DNA of 64,000 nucleotides from Thalia democratica (Eukaryota): NCBI GenBank assembly GCA_965202585.1, contig OZ241827.1, positions 14,880,001 to 14,944,000 of the forward strand, read 5' to 3'. Shown piece by piece: positions 36,725 to 48,600 of this stretch (position 1 is its first letter; each line of letters starts with the position of its first letter). The notes under the pieces were generated by a model. It saw only the letters and a program-made list of their open reading frames with translations, ran no database searches and was not told where the DNA came from. The position numbers and the translations under genes were made by a program.

Positions 36725-38333
36725 TTAGACTTCAAAAATTATTTGTTCATTCAAAATCTCACTACCTGAAGCTGTGAATTGTTTAAACAGACCTGAAATA
36801 TTTTTATTTTTCAACTTGTTCAGTGTTTGTGAAGATAAGACACGAAGTTTATTGTTCATCTCAGTAATTATACCATTACAATCTTTTATATCCGAATCAA
36901 AACTGCATTCGTTTTTATTTTTGAAATCATCAAACAGTTTCTGAAGTTTTTCTTTCAAATCTACAGTTAGATAAAATATTTTTCTATAAACTCTTTGACT
37001 GCAGCAGAGTCTAATTTTATTTCTTTGAAATCTTCTGTCCTCTTTTTAGAGTTTGATCTAAATAAATCTTTATCCAAATTTTATAAAAACGTTGTTCTTA
37101 TTTCAATAAGTAAGATAAAGCAAGTTCCTACAATTTCACAATTCTCATTTCGCATAAGATGTTTTATAAATTTTTCGTCTTCCTTTATTATCTGTTTTTG
37201 ATGTTCTACAAACGTTCTCATTTCGTGAACCTTTTTAGCTTCAGCTTTTACTAACAAAGAAAATTTTTCATGAATATATTTTATTCCTTGTTATCCATCA
37301 TCTGAAAGTTTTTTTAACACGACAATTGTATTATCAATTATTCTAAAAACAGTAGAAACATAATCAGCATCTTTTCTGTGATTAGAATCAGCTATAAATT
37401 TAAAAGATGAATTTATTTTGCTGTTAGTTTGGTGTGATTCACAAGTTATTTTCGATGTTTCAGCAATATTGTTATAAGTGGACAAACTTTCTTGATTTTC
37501 ATTAGTTTGTTTTGCAACCTTTGAAAAATTTGCTGCATCAGGAATCTTGTTAATATTCTTCTTACAACTATCTACTTGGTCATTCTCAACTTCAACTGTG
37601 CTTTGTTTTTGTTCAACCTCTTAGCTTTATTCATCATCATTTTTAGAAGAGTTATTATCAGAATCTACAATAATGACATTACAACTATTAGAATCAGCTG
37701 AAGAAATTTTATTGGTAGTGAGCTCATAATTGTCATGTGCAGTTTCACCAGACTTGTCTAATGTATTGACAAAATTTTCGCTGATAAAGTTTTTTTCTTG
37801 ACTTATGTGCTTTAAAAAAAATTTTTCCTGTTCACTGATTGCAAAAACGTTTATAATTTCATCAACAACAGGGTTATTATCTGATACAACTTTACTGTGA
37901 AGTTTATTGCCCTCTGATTGCCCACCATTAACATTTTTTAAGGAAATATTAGAATGTTTTTCACTAGATATATCTGATAATAAATCAGACTTTCTGTCGT
38001 AACTACCTTTTGATTTCTGATTTTTTACCAGTGACATCTGAAACGTGAAAAATATCGGGTTCACTTTTTCTCTGCTGATTTGTATTTTATTGCAACCTGT
38101 TTGTTACTACTGACGCTGTTTGTACACTTTGGTTCTGGTTTAGAAGCATGTAAAACACATTGATTTTTTTACTGGTTTTTGAATTTTTTACTTGGTGTAA
38201 CGTTGACACTTTTATCAGAATTTTTAGTTTTCTTTTTTGAAACGAACAACTCCAACTGTTGCTGACAAACCAACAACTCCAACCATGTACTTGCAAAAAA
38301 ACTGATATCAAGTTTAAATGAAACCTTCATCAT
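36725..38333 (-). pseudogene. Family member C (multiple frameshifts and stops)
   Basis: Starts MMKVSFKLDISF at 38333 after ttttacag|ctgttacataacaagtaaa. KPEPKC is shared with D. The C-terminal piece IEIRTTFL*NLDKDLF...FKEIKLDSAAVKEFIEKY matches the family helical domain. It is split into at least five short ORFs. Confidence 0.8.
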
Positions 38334-39513
38334 TTTACTTGTTATGTAACAGCTGTAAAAGTAAAACACATATACTATTTTTTTTATTAATTCTACAATT
38401 TTGCTAAAATAGATTTAATTGACTAACACATTGACAATTAAATTTATATGAACAATGAAAGTTTTAAGGTAAGTAAAAAATATATGTAATTTTTCTAAAA
38501 TCGTTGTTGGCTGTAACCATATACATAAAACGATTACTTTTTCTAAACTAAATTGTGGTTTTATAAAAACGGAGTTATAATTATATAAAATATATCTAAC
38601 TTAAGTTTAAAAGTAAGACATACTTCTTAATAAAACTAAATAACTTGAAAAACTATTTGCTAATTTACAATTTACTTTTCTGTTTTTTTTTACTGTTGCT
38701 TTCTAAAAAAATGGTTGTATTCATAAATTTACAAAAACTGAAGTTTAGTTTTAATAAAGCTTGTTTGTTTTAAAATTTTTCAAGATGCTAATTGTAATTT
38801 TAAAAACTGATTATAACTTTTAGTATAAGTAGAGCTTTCTTTAATTTAAAGTTTAAAAAGTTTATGATAGTTTAAGTTAGAAATTTAGTTGTGAACTTTG
38901 TTCAAAAAAAAATTACAAACATACTAATAGACGAAAAAACACCAAAATAACTTAATCGTTTTTAATTTTTTAAATTAAACTAGTTAAAATAATTTTTCAA
39001 TAACAACTTCTCTTTATATAAAACTTAATCCTTATCAAAATTTTTTTGATATGTTTTGGTATTTTTAAGATTTCAAAATTGATTAAACCCATCCATTTAT
39101 TGCTTTGATTGTTTTTATAACTTTTCTTAGAACTTTTAACATTTTACCTTTTTCACACTACATAGTGTAAAATCACTCCAACAATTTAGTTTAAAATAAG
39201 TAGACTACAAACAAAGTTTAGTTTATGATAAACTTAGCTCTTAAAAATAAAAAGAAACCTTTTTAATGTAGGTTTTTTTTAGAAAAATGTTGACAAACGA
39301 ATTAGTTAACAAGTTGAAGTTAGATATTTACTTCATATTAGAGCTATTAAAATTCTTTGACTTCATAAAATTGTTCTAAAAATGCTATTACCTTTTTTGA
39401 TTCTCTGAAAACAAAACGTAATCTAAAGATTTTGGTATTTGTTACAAATTAATTATATATTTAAATCGTAAATTTATTTAGAGCCATTGAACTTAAACAG
39501 TTATGCTTTTGAC

Positions 39514-40061
39514 TAGTGGTCGTCAAGCTAAAGTCTGTGTGCACAAAAATGCAAAAAATAAAATCGATGCACCCCAAGATCTAATTTTAATAAGTGCCGC
39601 TAGTGGTGTTACTACGTAAACACTTTTACTAATGCATTTCTCTTTATAGTAATAACTATGGTTATATTTACATGCAGACCTTTTAACATCTAAAACTATA
39701 ATTTATCATTTGATCCTGTTTTTAATGAACCTTTCTATTTGATTTACCTTTTTTGCACAATGATATTTTATATATATGGTTTTGTGTTAGATACTTATTA
39801 GTTGAACACATCTCCGCAATCTCTACAAAACTCCCAGTACAGTACTCTTAAATTGACATTGTACAGTACTCTTAAATTTTTTTATATAATACTTTAATGT
39901 CGCTTGAACTAGATAAATATTATTAAAAAAACCTCAATTTTTTTGTAGTCTAAAAACTTTGTGCACCCCTAAATGAGTTTTGTGTACCTTAAAAGTTTCG
40001 TGCAACCCAAAATAAATTTTGTGCAAACTAGTATGCACAGTGTACACCTTGACAACCACTG
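39514..40061. mobile_element. hAT-type MITE (548 bp)
   Basis: Imperfect 14-bp TIRs tagtggtcgtcaag / cttgacaaccactg, an 8-bp flanking direct repeat cttttgac / cttttggt (6/8), and subterminal gtgcac repeats at both ends. Confidence 0.7.
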
Positions 40062-40425
40062 CTTTTGGTTATATTAAATGGTAGATAATAAGTTTCTTAA
40101 AAAACTTTACTAACATTCTAATTGTTTTTTGTTTGATCAGGTTTGTTTTAGTTATCACATCGAAAAACGAAACTACACTAACTACACTATAGAATATAAA
40201 CAAGTATAAAATGAGGTAAATTACAAATAATTTTAAAAAGTATATGAGAAATTTAAGTTTCCTTGAAAATTAAAAAGTAGTAAACCAACAATTAAAAGAT
40301 ATTTTAATTTTTAAAATATCTGAAATTATTATGTAATACATTAAATTAAATTATTGTATTTCTTGTAATAAATTATAAATTATACTTTTGACTTTAAACT
40401 TTATAGCTCCTTATTAGCAAGTAAA

Positions 40426-42068
40426 ATGATAAAAGTTACATTTAAACTCGATATCAGTTTTTGTAAATTCATGGTTGGAGTTATTGGCTTGTCGGCAACA
40501 GTTGGTGTTGTTCGTTATTTTTCAAAAAACAGATCTAAAAAGTATAATTGTGATACTGGTCGCGTTGCTAAAGATATTAAAAAGTCTGATCTGAAGTTCC
40601 AAACAGACCCGAAACCAGAACCAAAGTGTGCACAAAGTGTTATTAGTATCAAACCAAATATAGTTAAACGCAGTTCAGCAGTTTAAGATCATCCTGAGAT
40701 TTTTCATTCTAAAAATGAAGTCACTGACTTTATCTATTGTTCCGAGGATAATTTTTGTAACAAGTCTGGTTCATTAAAAGAATTTTTCCTCAAAAAAGGT
40801 TATAATGAAGTCGCTTACAATGAATTGGATGAAGGTGATACTTGTGATGTTTAAAAATACCGAGGCACAGAGTCAAAGATCAAAGTTTTGGTATAAAAGT
40901 GTATGAGAATCATATATCATCTCCTCCTTATTAAAATGGTTCTTCAGTAAAAATCTCTGGTAAACAATGCAAGTTGCCGCTAACTAATGCTGAAAATAGT
41001 TCGGCTAATAAGTTGACTGTGGCTTCGAGTGACACTAAAAGTTTTGCTGCCGAAAACAGGGAACGTTTCACTCACAGTCATAAAAACCTGCCATTTGAGG
41101 ATCCAGTTAAAAACAAGCATCAACCAGTGATAGATTGTGATTCAATCACAAACAAACATGCTTGTAGTTCGCAAGTTACGGCCAATGCAGGTTCCAGTAA
41201 AATTTTAGCTGAAGAAAATAAAGATTGTGGTGACCAAACTAGCTCTACCGCGATCAAAAATGGAGTAAGCATCAACAAAAATAACAATAAAAATAAAAAA
41301 AGTTCCTCTGGTAAAAAGGTTCGTAGTTTCTCTGAAGCTAGTGAACCAAAAAAAGATAGAAATGCAGAGAAACCTAATTGTAACACTAATTCTGATGATA
41401 AAAATCACCAACTTGATGCTACAAGCTTTTGTGCAAAAATAAATGAGTGTAAAGATAAAATAACTAATATACAAACATATTTCCAACTACTCCAAAAGTT
41501 ATTTGGTAAAATTGAGAAAACACTTGAAGTGTGTATGAAAAACAAGCAGCAACAACCAAACCAAAACGAAAGAGACCACGTGAATGCCGAAGAAAAACAC
41601 ATTAGAACATTTTTAAAGAAATTCAATGAGGCTACTTCCATTAGGAAGGAGTTGAAAGACTTTAATCGCCTGTTTGCTAATATAAGAATACGGTTGTTAC
41701 AGCAAATCGGAGTTAAGTTGGATATCTCAGATGATACTGAAAGAATGAAAAAATTGAAAGAAATTGAGTCGGATTACTTTTCAGTTAAAAATTTTATAAG
41801 AGAGTATTGCGAACAGATAGTGAACACTGTAGTTTTTATAAGTGAAAATATATCGGAAATAAGTGATGAAACGCTGAAAAAAGATGTTTCAAATTGGAAT
41901 GATCAAGTTAGTATGGTGTATGAAAACATTGAGGTTTTGTGTAAAAGCGCAAACGATAAAGTTAAAAGTACATCAGTTTCGATGTTTGTGAGTAAGTTTA
42001 GTGATTATAGTGACAATCTGCTGAAAAATGTGTTTTTTAAGTTAACTAAAAGTTTCAAGTTGCCTTAA
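40426..42068 (+). pseudogene. Family member D (intact N-anchor and C-terminal domain separated by stops and a frameshift)
   Basis: ttattag|caagtaaaATG at 40426 gives MIKVTFKLDISFCKFMVGVIGLSATVGVVRYFSK. There are in-frame TAA codons at 40684-40686 and 40852-40854. The downstream ORF 40974-42068 is in another frame and starts at a TTG. Confidence 0.8.
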
Positions 42069-43242
42069 CATATTTCAGTTGTCGATTTTCTGTCGCTTAA
42101 GTTTTACTCTGTTGTTTAACTTAAACTTGTTTCGGTTTGATTTCAATTATTTTTGTTACTTCATTTGTTATGTGCGTTTATAAAAAATTTGTTTACTATG
42201 TGTTACTAATAAAACTAACAATATTACAGTGTTTTATTTTTTAATCTTTCATGATATTAATTATGAAACTTTTACTAGATATTCTTCAGTTGCAGATGAA
42301 GATAAAAAAAAAATCTGAGTGTTTTAAATGGTAGCTTTCGCTTTTTGACTAGTTTTGTTGAGGGGGCAATAGCATTTTTAGTTTCATTTGTTTAAAGGGG
42401 CAATTTGAAATAAAAATTGGGTAACCCTGGTTTAGAGCTTAAAATTAGTATATTAGTACCAAATTTAGTTAAATTGGATTGTCTAGACTTTTTTCAGTGG
42501 TTTTGTACATTTGTTTTTGTTTAATGATAAAGTATTTTGTGTAGAAGCTTTTAATTATACGCATTATAGTATATATAGCTCTTTATTAGATAACTGTATA
42601 AATTTCTTAGGTACATTAAAGTGCTTATTGTTTAAACAATTAGAAAATACCAGTAAAACAGAATGTAATATTTTATATACAATCCAGTTCTTTTATTTCT
42701 AGTAAACAAAAAATTAAATAAAACTTAATTCTTCGTGCGCTAGTCCTAGGACAAAATGTTTTGACGTTATTCTTTGTCGTTCAATAAAACAATAATTTCT
42801 GCTTTTGTTGACAAAGTGAAAATTTTGCCTAGCATTGTGAATCTAAAATGAATAAAAAAATATTTTCTACCTAATAAACTTAAAAAAGTTAGTAATAAAC
42901 TTGTCTTAATCATAGAAAAGTATTTAATATTAAGATATGTAATAAAAAAAAAACTTTGTTAAACAGTTCCAATTAAAACAATTTAGCAAAAAACTCAATA
43001 TAAAGCAAAAGCAAATTACATTTTTGAAAACAAACTAACAACAGACGTGAACCATATTTTACAAATTGATAAAAAAAGCGCATTGTAAAACAACTGTTTT
43101 TCAATGTTCTAAAAATGTAGGAAATTAAAATTACTGATTTTATGTGTTTATATAATTGTTAATGAATCCTTTTTTTCTCCGTATCTAATACTGACTTATT
43201 TAACTTCTAGATGTATTTTTTAGATTCAACGACAAAATATAT

Positions 43243-43300
43243 CGCTCAAAAAAATTGGTCCAAGGACCTGGTCACTGGTGTATGAAAGAACCTTTTAGTT
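43243..43300. repeat. Dispersed repeat, inverted copy at 56628-56678
   Basis: cgctcaaaaaaattggtccaaggacctg...tatgaaagaaccttttagtt vs the reverse complement of aactaaaaggttctttcgtacatcaggtccttggacaaaagtttttgagcg. Confidence 0.7.
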
Positions 43301-44182
43301 ATTGAGTCGTACAACAGAACAGTATAATGTTATTTCCAGGATTATGTCTTTTTTTAACTATACAGTCTATCTATGCTGCAAAATGTTTTTATTGTATATA
43401 AGGCTTATCTCAAACAGATAAGGTAAATAAAGTTGTGTAGATCAATAACCAAAAAGTATTGTCTTTTGAGTAAAACCAAGATTATTGTACCTTGCTTATG
43501 TTGAATTAATTTTTACTTTTTTTTTATTGTTTTTATTTTGTGTTCGAAAAATAAATATTCCAATTTAATTAATAGTGCTTCCTAAAACTGATTCATACAC
43601 AGTTTAACAGAAGCCCATGCCCCATACTGTAACTTGGTTTTTAAAAGTCTTTGCTCAATTTCAAAATATGACTAGTGAGTAGATAAACTTACAAACAACA
43701 TTATTGCATAGTTTATGTCAACCTGTTTCTTTTTAGAGGAATTACAAACGTTTTAGACCCAAATATTTTTTAGTAAAAAACTTATAGTGGGTATTGTAAC
43801 AGGTAATATTACTTACACGGTTTAAATTTGTAAAAAAATGCTTTGTACAACTTTTTGCTGTCAAATATATTATTTTCATTTAATTGAACAATGTTCTACA
43901 ATTTCTATGCTTTTGCCTTTTAGTTACAGTTAATAAAAAAAGTAACATTAATCATTAAAATGTATTTTGGTGATTGTTAACAATAACCTCATGTATTAAT
44001 TTTACCAGAGTCTTTAATAGTTGTTAGACAATTGAATATTACAAATACTTTTACTAATTATTTTAATTTAAATGGTTACTAATTGCAAAACTTCTAAAGT
44101 TTGTAAAAATCTTTAATATTAAATTGTTAAGCTACTTGTTACTAAATCTGTAAGTCTGATTATTTTTAAACTAACTAAATTA

Positions 44183-45652
44183 AAAGGTTGTCACTTTACC
44201 TGGAAACCTGGAAAAACCTGGAGTTAGAAAATTTCGGCTAAAAACATGGAAAATGAGAAATTTTGAAAAAAAAACTGGAATTTTGAACAAAAAATCGAGA
44301 AAAACCAGGAAATTCTAAAGCTGGGGTTTCGTATACTTTTACAAAAAAGGAAAAATTTAAATACTTATAGGTTTTATGACTTATAACTCTAGTTTTATTT
44401 TAGCTAACCTTGTTGTTATGGAAACAATAATGTTTTAATATTAACTTTTTTTGATATTGTTAATGAGTGAAAGTCACTAGGAGAAAAAACCATTACTTTG
44501 TAATTGTAACAAAATATTACAAATACTTTCCAAAGAAATATGAAGTTAACGCAAAAGTTAATAAAGAATTTAGTAAACTAAGCAATGCACATTTTATATG
44601 TTGTTATTCTTCTATTTTAGCACAAGGTGAACTTACTATACTTTAGACAATTTAAATTTATCTTAAAATCAAAAAGAACTTTTATTAAGCTTAAAAAGTA
44701 TTATTTAGACCAGTTACAATTTATGTATATTTTTATGAAAATAGCAGTTTCACTTGCTGTTTTATTTAGTTAGAAATGATTGATATAAAATCATTCAACT
44801 GGAGCAAAAAATTAATGTGATGAGAAATTAATAAGCAGGAGAAAATAAAACTGATGAAAGTATTTATCATGATGAGAGAAATAGTATATATGAGTATGTT
44901 GAAATGCAGTCAGTTTTGTTGCTGTAAGCCTAAAGTCAAGACCTTTCAGACGTAGTACCAGAATTAACTTAATTACTTTTTATTGTAAAATTTTGTTTGT
45001 TAACAGTGTTTAACATGTTTCTTTTACTATTTTCATTAAAGTCAATTGTTTATTACAGAAGTTAAATAATGTATTATTAGATAACATTAAAGTTTTACTT
45101 TAAAAATTGTTGTGAAATAAAAAGTGTCAATAGAAGCAAGTAAAAATCAAAGAAAAATAGTAAGTTACAACAAATATTAGTTCCGAATACTTGTTAGATT
45201 TTATTTCAGTTCTTGCACTTACTTCTAGGACTTAGTTTTTGTTCAAAAAAAATATTATATTTTAACTAATTACTGCAACTTTAAAACTATCAATGAATCA
45301 TTTAATGACATAGTTTAACAGAAATTAATAAAAGATAACACGTTCTAACTAAGAGAAAATTTAAGCTACTTCTGTTTAACCAATATAATGGCTTTAGAAC
45401 AACCATCTTAGAAGAATTTAGTACAAGTTCCAAAAAAAAAAATAAATTGCAGCATTTACAGTAATTTAAACTAAGTAATTTACATCTTTTTCACATCAGT
45501 TTTTTATTAAATAATAACTTATTACTAAAAATTTTCAAATGAAGATGTGCTTTCAAAAGCCTTAAGAAAATCTGAAATACCTAAAATAAAATTATAAAAC
45601 CTGGAATAAACTTGGAAATCTGGAAATATTGAAAAAACAAGTTGCAACCCTG
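44183..45652. mobile_element. Non-autonomous CAGGGTTGCCAC-type (probably hAT) element
   Basis: Left end aaaggttgtcac (44183-44194) with cctggaaa subterminal repeats, and right end gttgcaaccctg (45641-45652). The duplicated right end gtggcaaccctg is at 47567-47578. The flanks taaatta(a) on the left vs taaatttg / taaattac on the right suggest an 8-bp TSD. Confidence 0.55.
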
Positions 45653-48600
45653 TAAATTTGTTTTTTAAATTATTTTAATTAGACACAGAATTTAGTAAAT
45701 ACTTTTGTAAATGCATAAGGCTTCTTAACAAAAAGATTGTAATGCATTTATAAATCAACTAAGTAGTAAAATTACTTACTTTGTTAGCTAGTTCAGAAAA
45801 CTCTTATATTTTGTATTTTTTCATAAAATTTAAAAAAATTTACTATGTTGGTATTTTGGTAGCATCTTAAAAATAATTATACTCGTGATTTTTTAGTCTT
45901 TAATATTAATTTGTCCGGAGTTCTTCTCAAAAAAAACTCTTATCTGTATAGATATCAGTAAGGCAATAAAGTCTTGAAAATGTAACTTTGTACCATTGTA
46001 TTATAAATAAACTTTTTTTTGTTAGTTACTCTTAAGTTCAGTAGAGATAAAAGTTAATACTAATTATACTGGCTTTAAAAAAAAACCTTACAAATAAAAA
46101 ACAACTTCTACATTGCTTTTGTTTTGAACTTTTAAAAAAAAACTTAATCTGTAACTTACACTTTTGTAAGATGTAAAAAGAAAACTGTAAAAATTTTAGT
46201 TTAACTTTAATTTCTCAGGTACATAAAAACGCCTAATATTTAAACAATTAGAAAATGTAATGTAATAATGTAACAAAAAATGTAACAATCAGTAAAACAG
46301 AATATAAAACTTTCTATATAGTCTAGTTCTTTAATTTCTGGTAAAAAAAAAACTTAAATAAAACCTAATTCTTTGTCCGCCAATGCCACTGTGAAAAAAA
46401 ACACTACTTTGTACTTGTAAAAATATATTACAAGTATTTAAAAAAAAATATGAAGTTAACGCAAAAGTTAATAAAAAATTTAGTAAACTAAACAATGCAT
46501 ATTTTGTAATGAATAGGATAAATAATGTATGTTGTCATTCTTGTACTTTAGCACAAGGTGATTTTACTATACTTCAGACAATTTAAAAATTTTTCTTAAA
46601 AAAGAAAAAAAAGTTTTATTAAGCTTGAAAGATGCAATTTAGATTAATTACAGTCTATGTATATTTTAATGAAATAGCAGTTTCACTTGCTGTTTAATTT
46701 AGTTAAAAATTATTAATATAAAATCATTCAACCTAAGCAAAAATTAAAGTAATGAAAAATTAATAAGCAGTAGAAAATAAAACTGATAAAAGTATTTATC
46801 ATGATGAGAGAAATAGTATGTACGATGAGTATGTTGAAAAGAAGTCAGTTTTATTGCAGTGAGTCAAGAATTTTCAGATGTACTTCCAGAATTAACTTAT
46901 GTAATTTTTATATTTTTGTTGTAAAGTTTTATTTGTTAAAATTGTTTAACATGTTTCTTTTACTATTTTCATTAAAGTCAAATGTTTTTACAGAAGTTAA
47001 ATAATATATTATTAGATAAAGTTAAAGTTTTACTTTCAAAATAGTTGTGAAAGAAAAGTGTCAATAGAACCAGTTAAAATCAAGGAAAAATAGTAAGTTT
47101 TAACAAATTTTAGTCATGCACACTTGTTAATTATACAGTGCACTTACTTCTAGGACTTAGTGTTTGTTTGAAAAATATTATACTTTACCTAACTACTGCA
47201 ACTTTAAAACTATCAATGAAGCATTTAATGAAATAGTTTAACAGGAATTAATAAAAGGTAACACGTTTAAAATAAGAAAAATATAAGAAGACTTTAGATA
47301 TTTCTATTTAACCAATATAACGGCTTTAGAACAACCATCTTAGAAAAATTTCAATATTTACAGTACCTCTTAATTAATTTATATCTTTTGAATATTTTTT
47401 TTTACTAAATAATAACTTACTACTAAAAATTATCAAAAGAAGATGTGCTTTTAAAAGCCTTTAGAAAATCTGAAAAACCTATACTGTGATATAATATAAA
47501 TATATAATATAAATTTATAAAACGTGGAAGATATTTGGAAAACCTAAAAAAAATATTTAAAAAAAAGTGGCAACCCTGTAAATTACTTTTTAAAATGTCT
47601 AAAGCAGACACAGAATTTGGTAAATACATTTATAAAAGACTGGGAAACTATTTTTGAACAAACCAAGTAGTAAAATTATTTTTTTTGTTAGCTATTTCAG
47701 AATACTCTTATATTTTGTACTTTTTAATACAATTTTAAAAATTTACTTTTTAATTTATATTTTGGTATTATCTTAAAAATAGTTATATTCGTGATTTTTT
47801 AGTCTTTAATATTAATTTGTCCGGAGTTCTTCTAAAAAAAAACTCTTATCTGTATAGATATTATTTGGGCAATAAAGTCTTGAAAATGTATTTTTGTATC
47901 ATTGTATTGTAAATAAACTTTTTTTTGTTAGTTACACTTAAGTTCAGTAGAGATAAAAGTTAATACTAATTATACTGGCTTTAAAAAAAAACCTTACAAA
48001 TAAAAAACAACTTCTACATTGCTTTTGTTTGGACCGTTTAAAAAAAACTTAATCTGTAACTTACACACTTTGTAAGATGTAAAAAGAGAACTGCAGACTT
48101 TTTTTGTTCAACTTAATGTCTTATTGTTACATCATTGTTACTGAAAATCAAAATTAAAAAAGATAATAACAAATTAGTGTTAGTTTCAAAATTCAAGGCT
48201 TACCTCAACTAGTACAGCTTATTGATAGACTAAATAAAATACCCTCAGGTATTTGGTCCGGAGACCTGGTGCACCAATGAGATTTAGTTGGTACAATTAG
48301 ACTTTGATTAAGATTTAGTTGGTTTAATGCAATAACAGGTAAAGGCATTAATGTACTTACAATGGAAATGTCTTTGGTTAATAAAAAAGTTTTAGCACGA
48401 AAGGAAAGTTTTCAGAAAAAAACTTTACACATTTTATTAGGCAAAAAATAAGAAAATGAATTTTTTATAAAAATAAATACTTTTTTATTACTAACTTATT
48501 TTATTGTTAATCTTTTCTAGTAAGGTGTAGCTTTTAAGATAAAGAAAATTCAAGTAAAACTCTTGGAGTTTGTGATGGTCAGATGGTAAAGCTGTTGTTA

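Larger units (their letters stand above)
42590..48095. repeat. Tandem duplication: unit 1 ~42590-46190, unit 2 ~46200-48095 (unit 2 lacks the ~1.7-kb segment 42752-44476)
   Basis: 42605-42745 matches 46215-46385, and 44490-46190 matches 46400-48095. The missing block is bounded by agtc(a)ctagga direct repeats (ctagga at 42746 and 44477). Confidence 0.85.

Noticed and set aside
23773-40854. Non-standard genetic code (TAA/TAG read as amino acid) as an explanation for in-frame stops in D, C and the lectin gene
   Set aside because: The long intact ORFs contain no internal TAA/TAG and end at TAA/TAG at positions matching paralogs. The broken genes also carry frameshifts.
45880-48360. Candidate micro-exons (minus-strand GTAAGT donors near 46159, 48064, 48203) and short frames such as FIALLISIQIRVFFEKNSG
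   Set aside because: Exon lengths differ between the duplicated copies (25 vs 26 nt), and stops occur in all frames or in one copy. No consistent gene model could be built.
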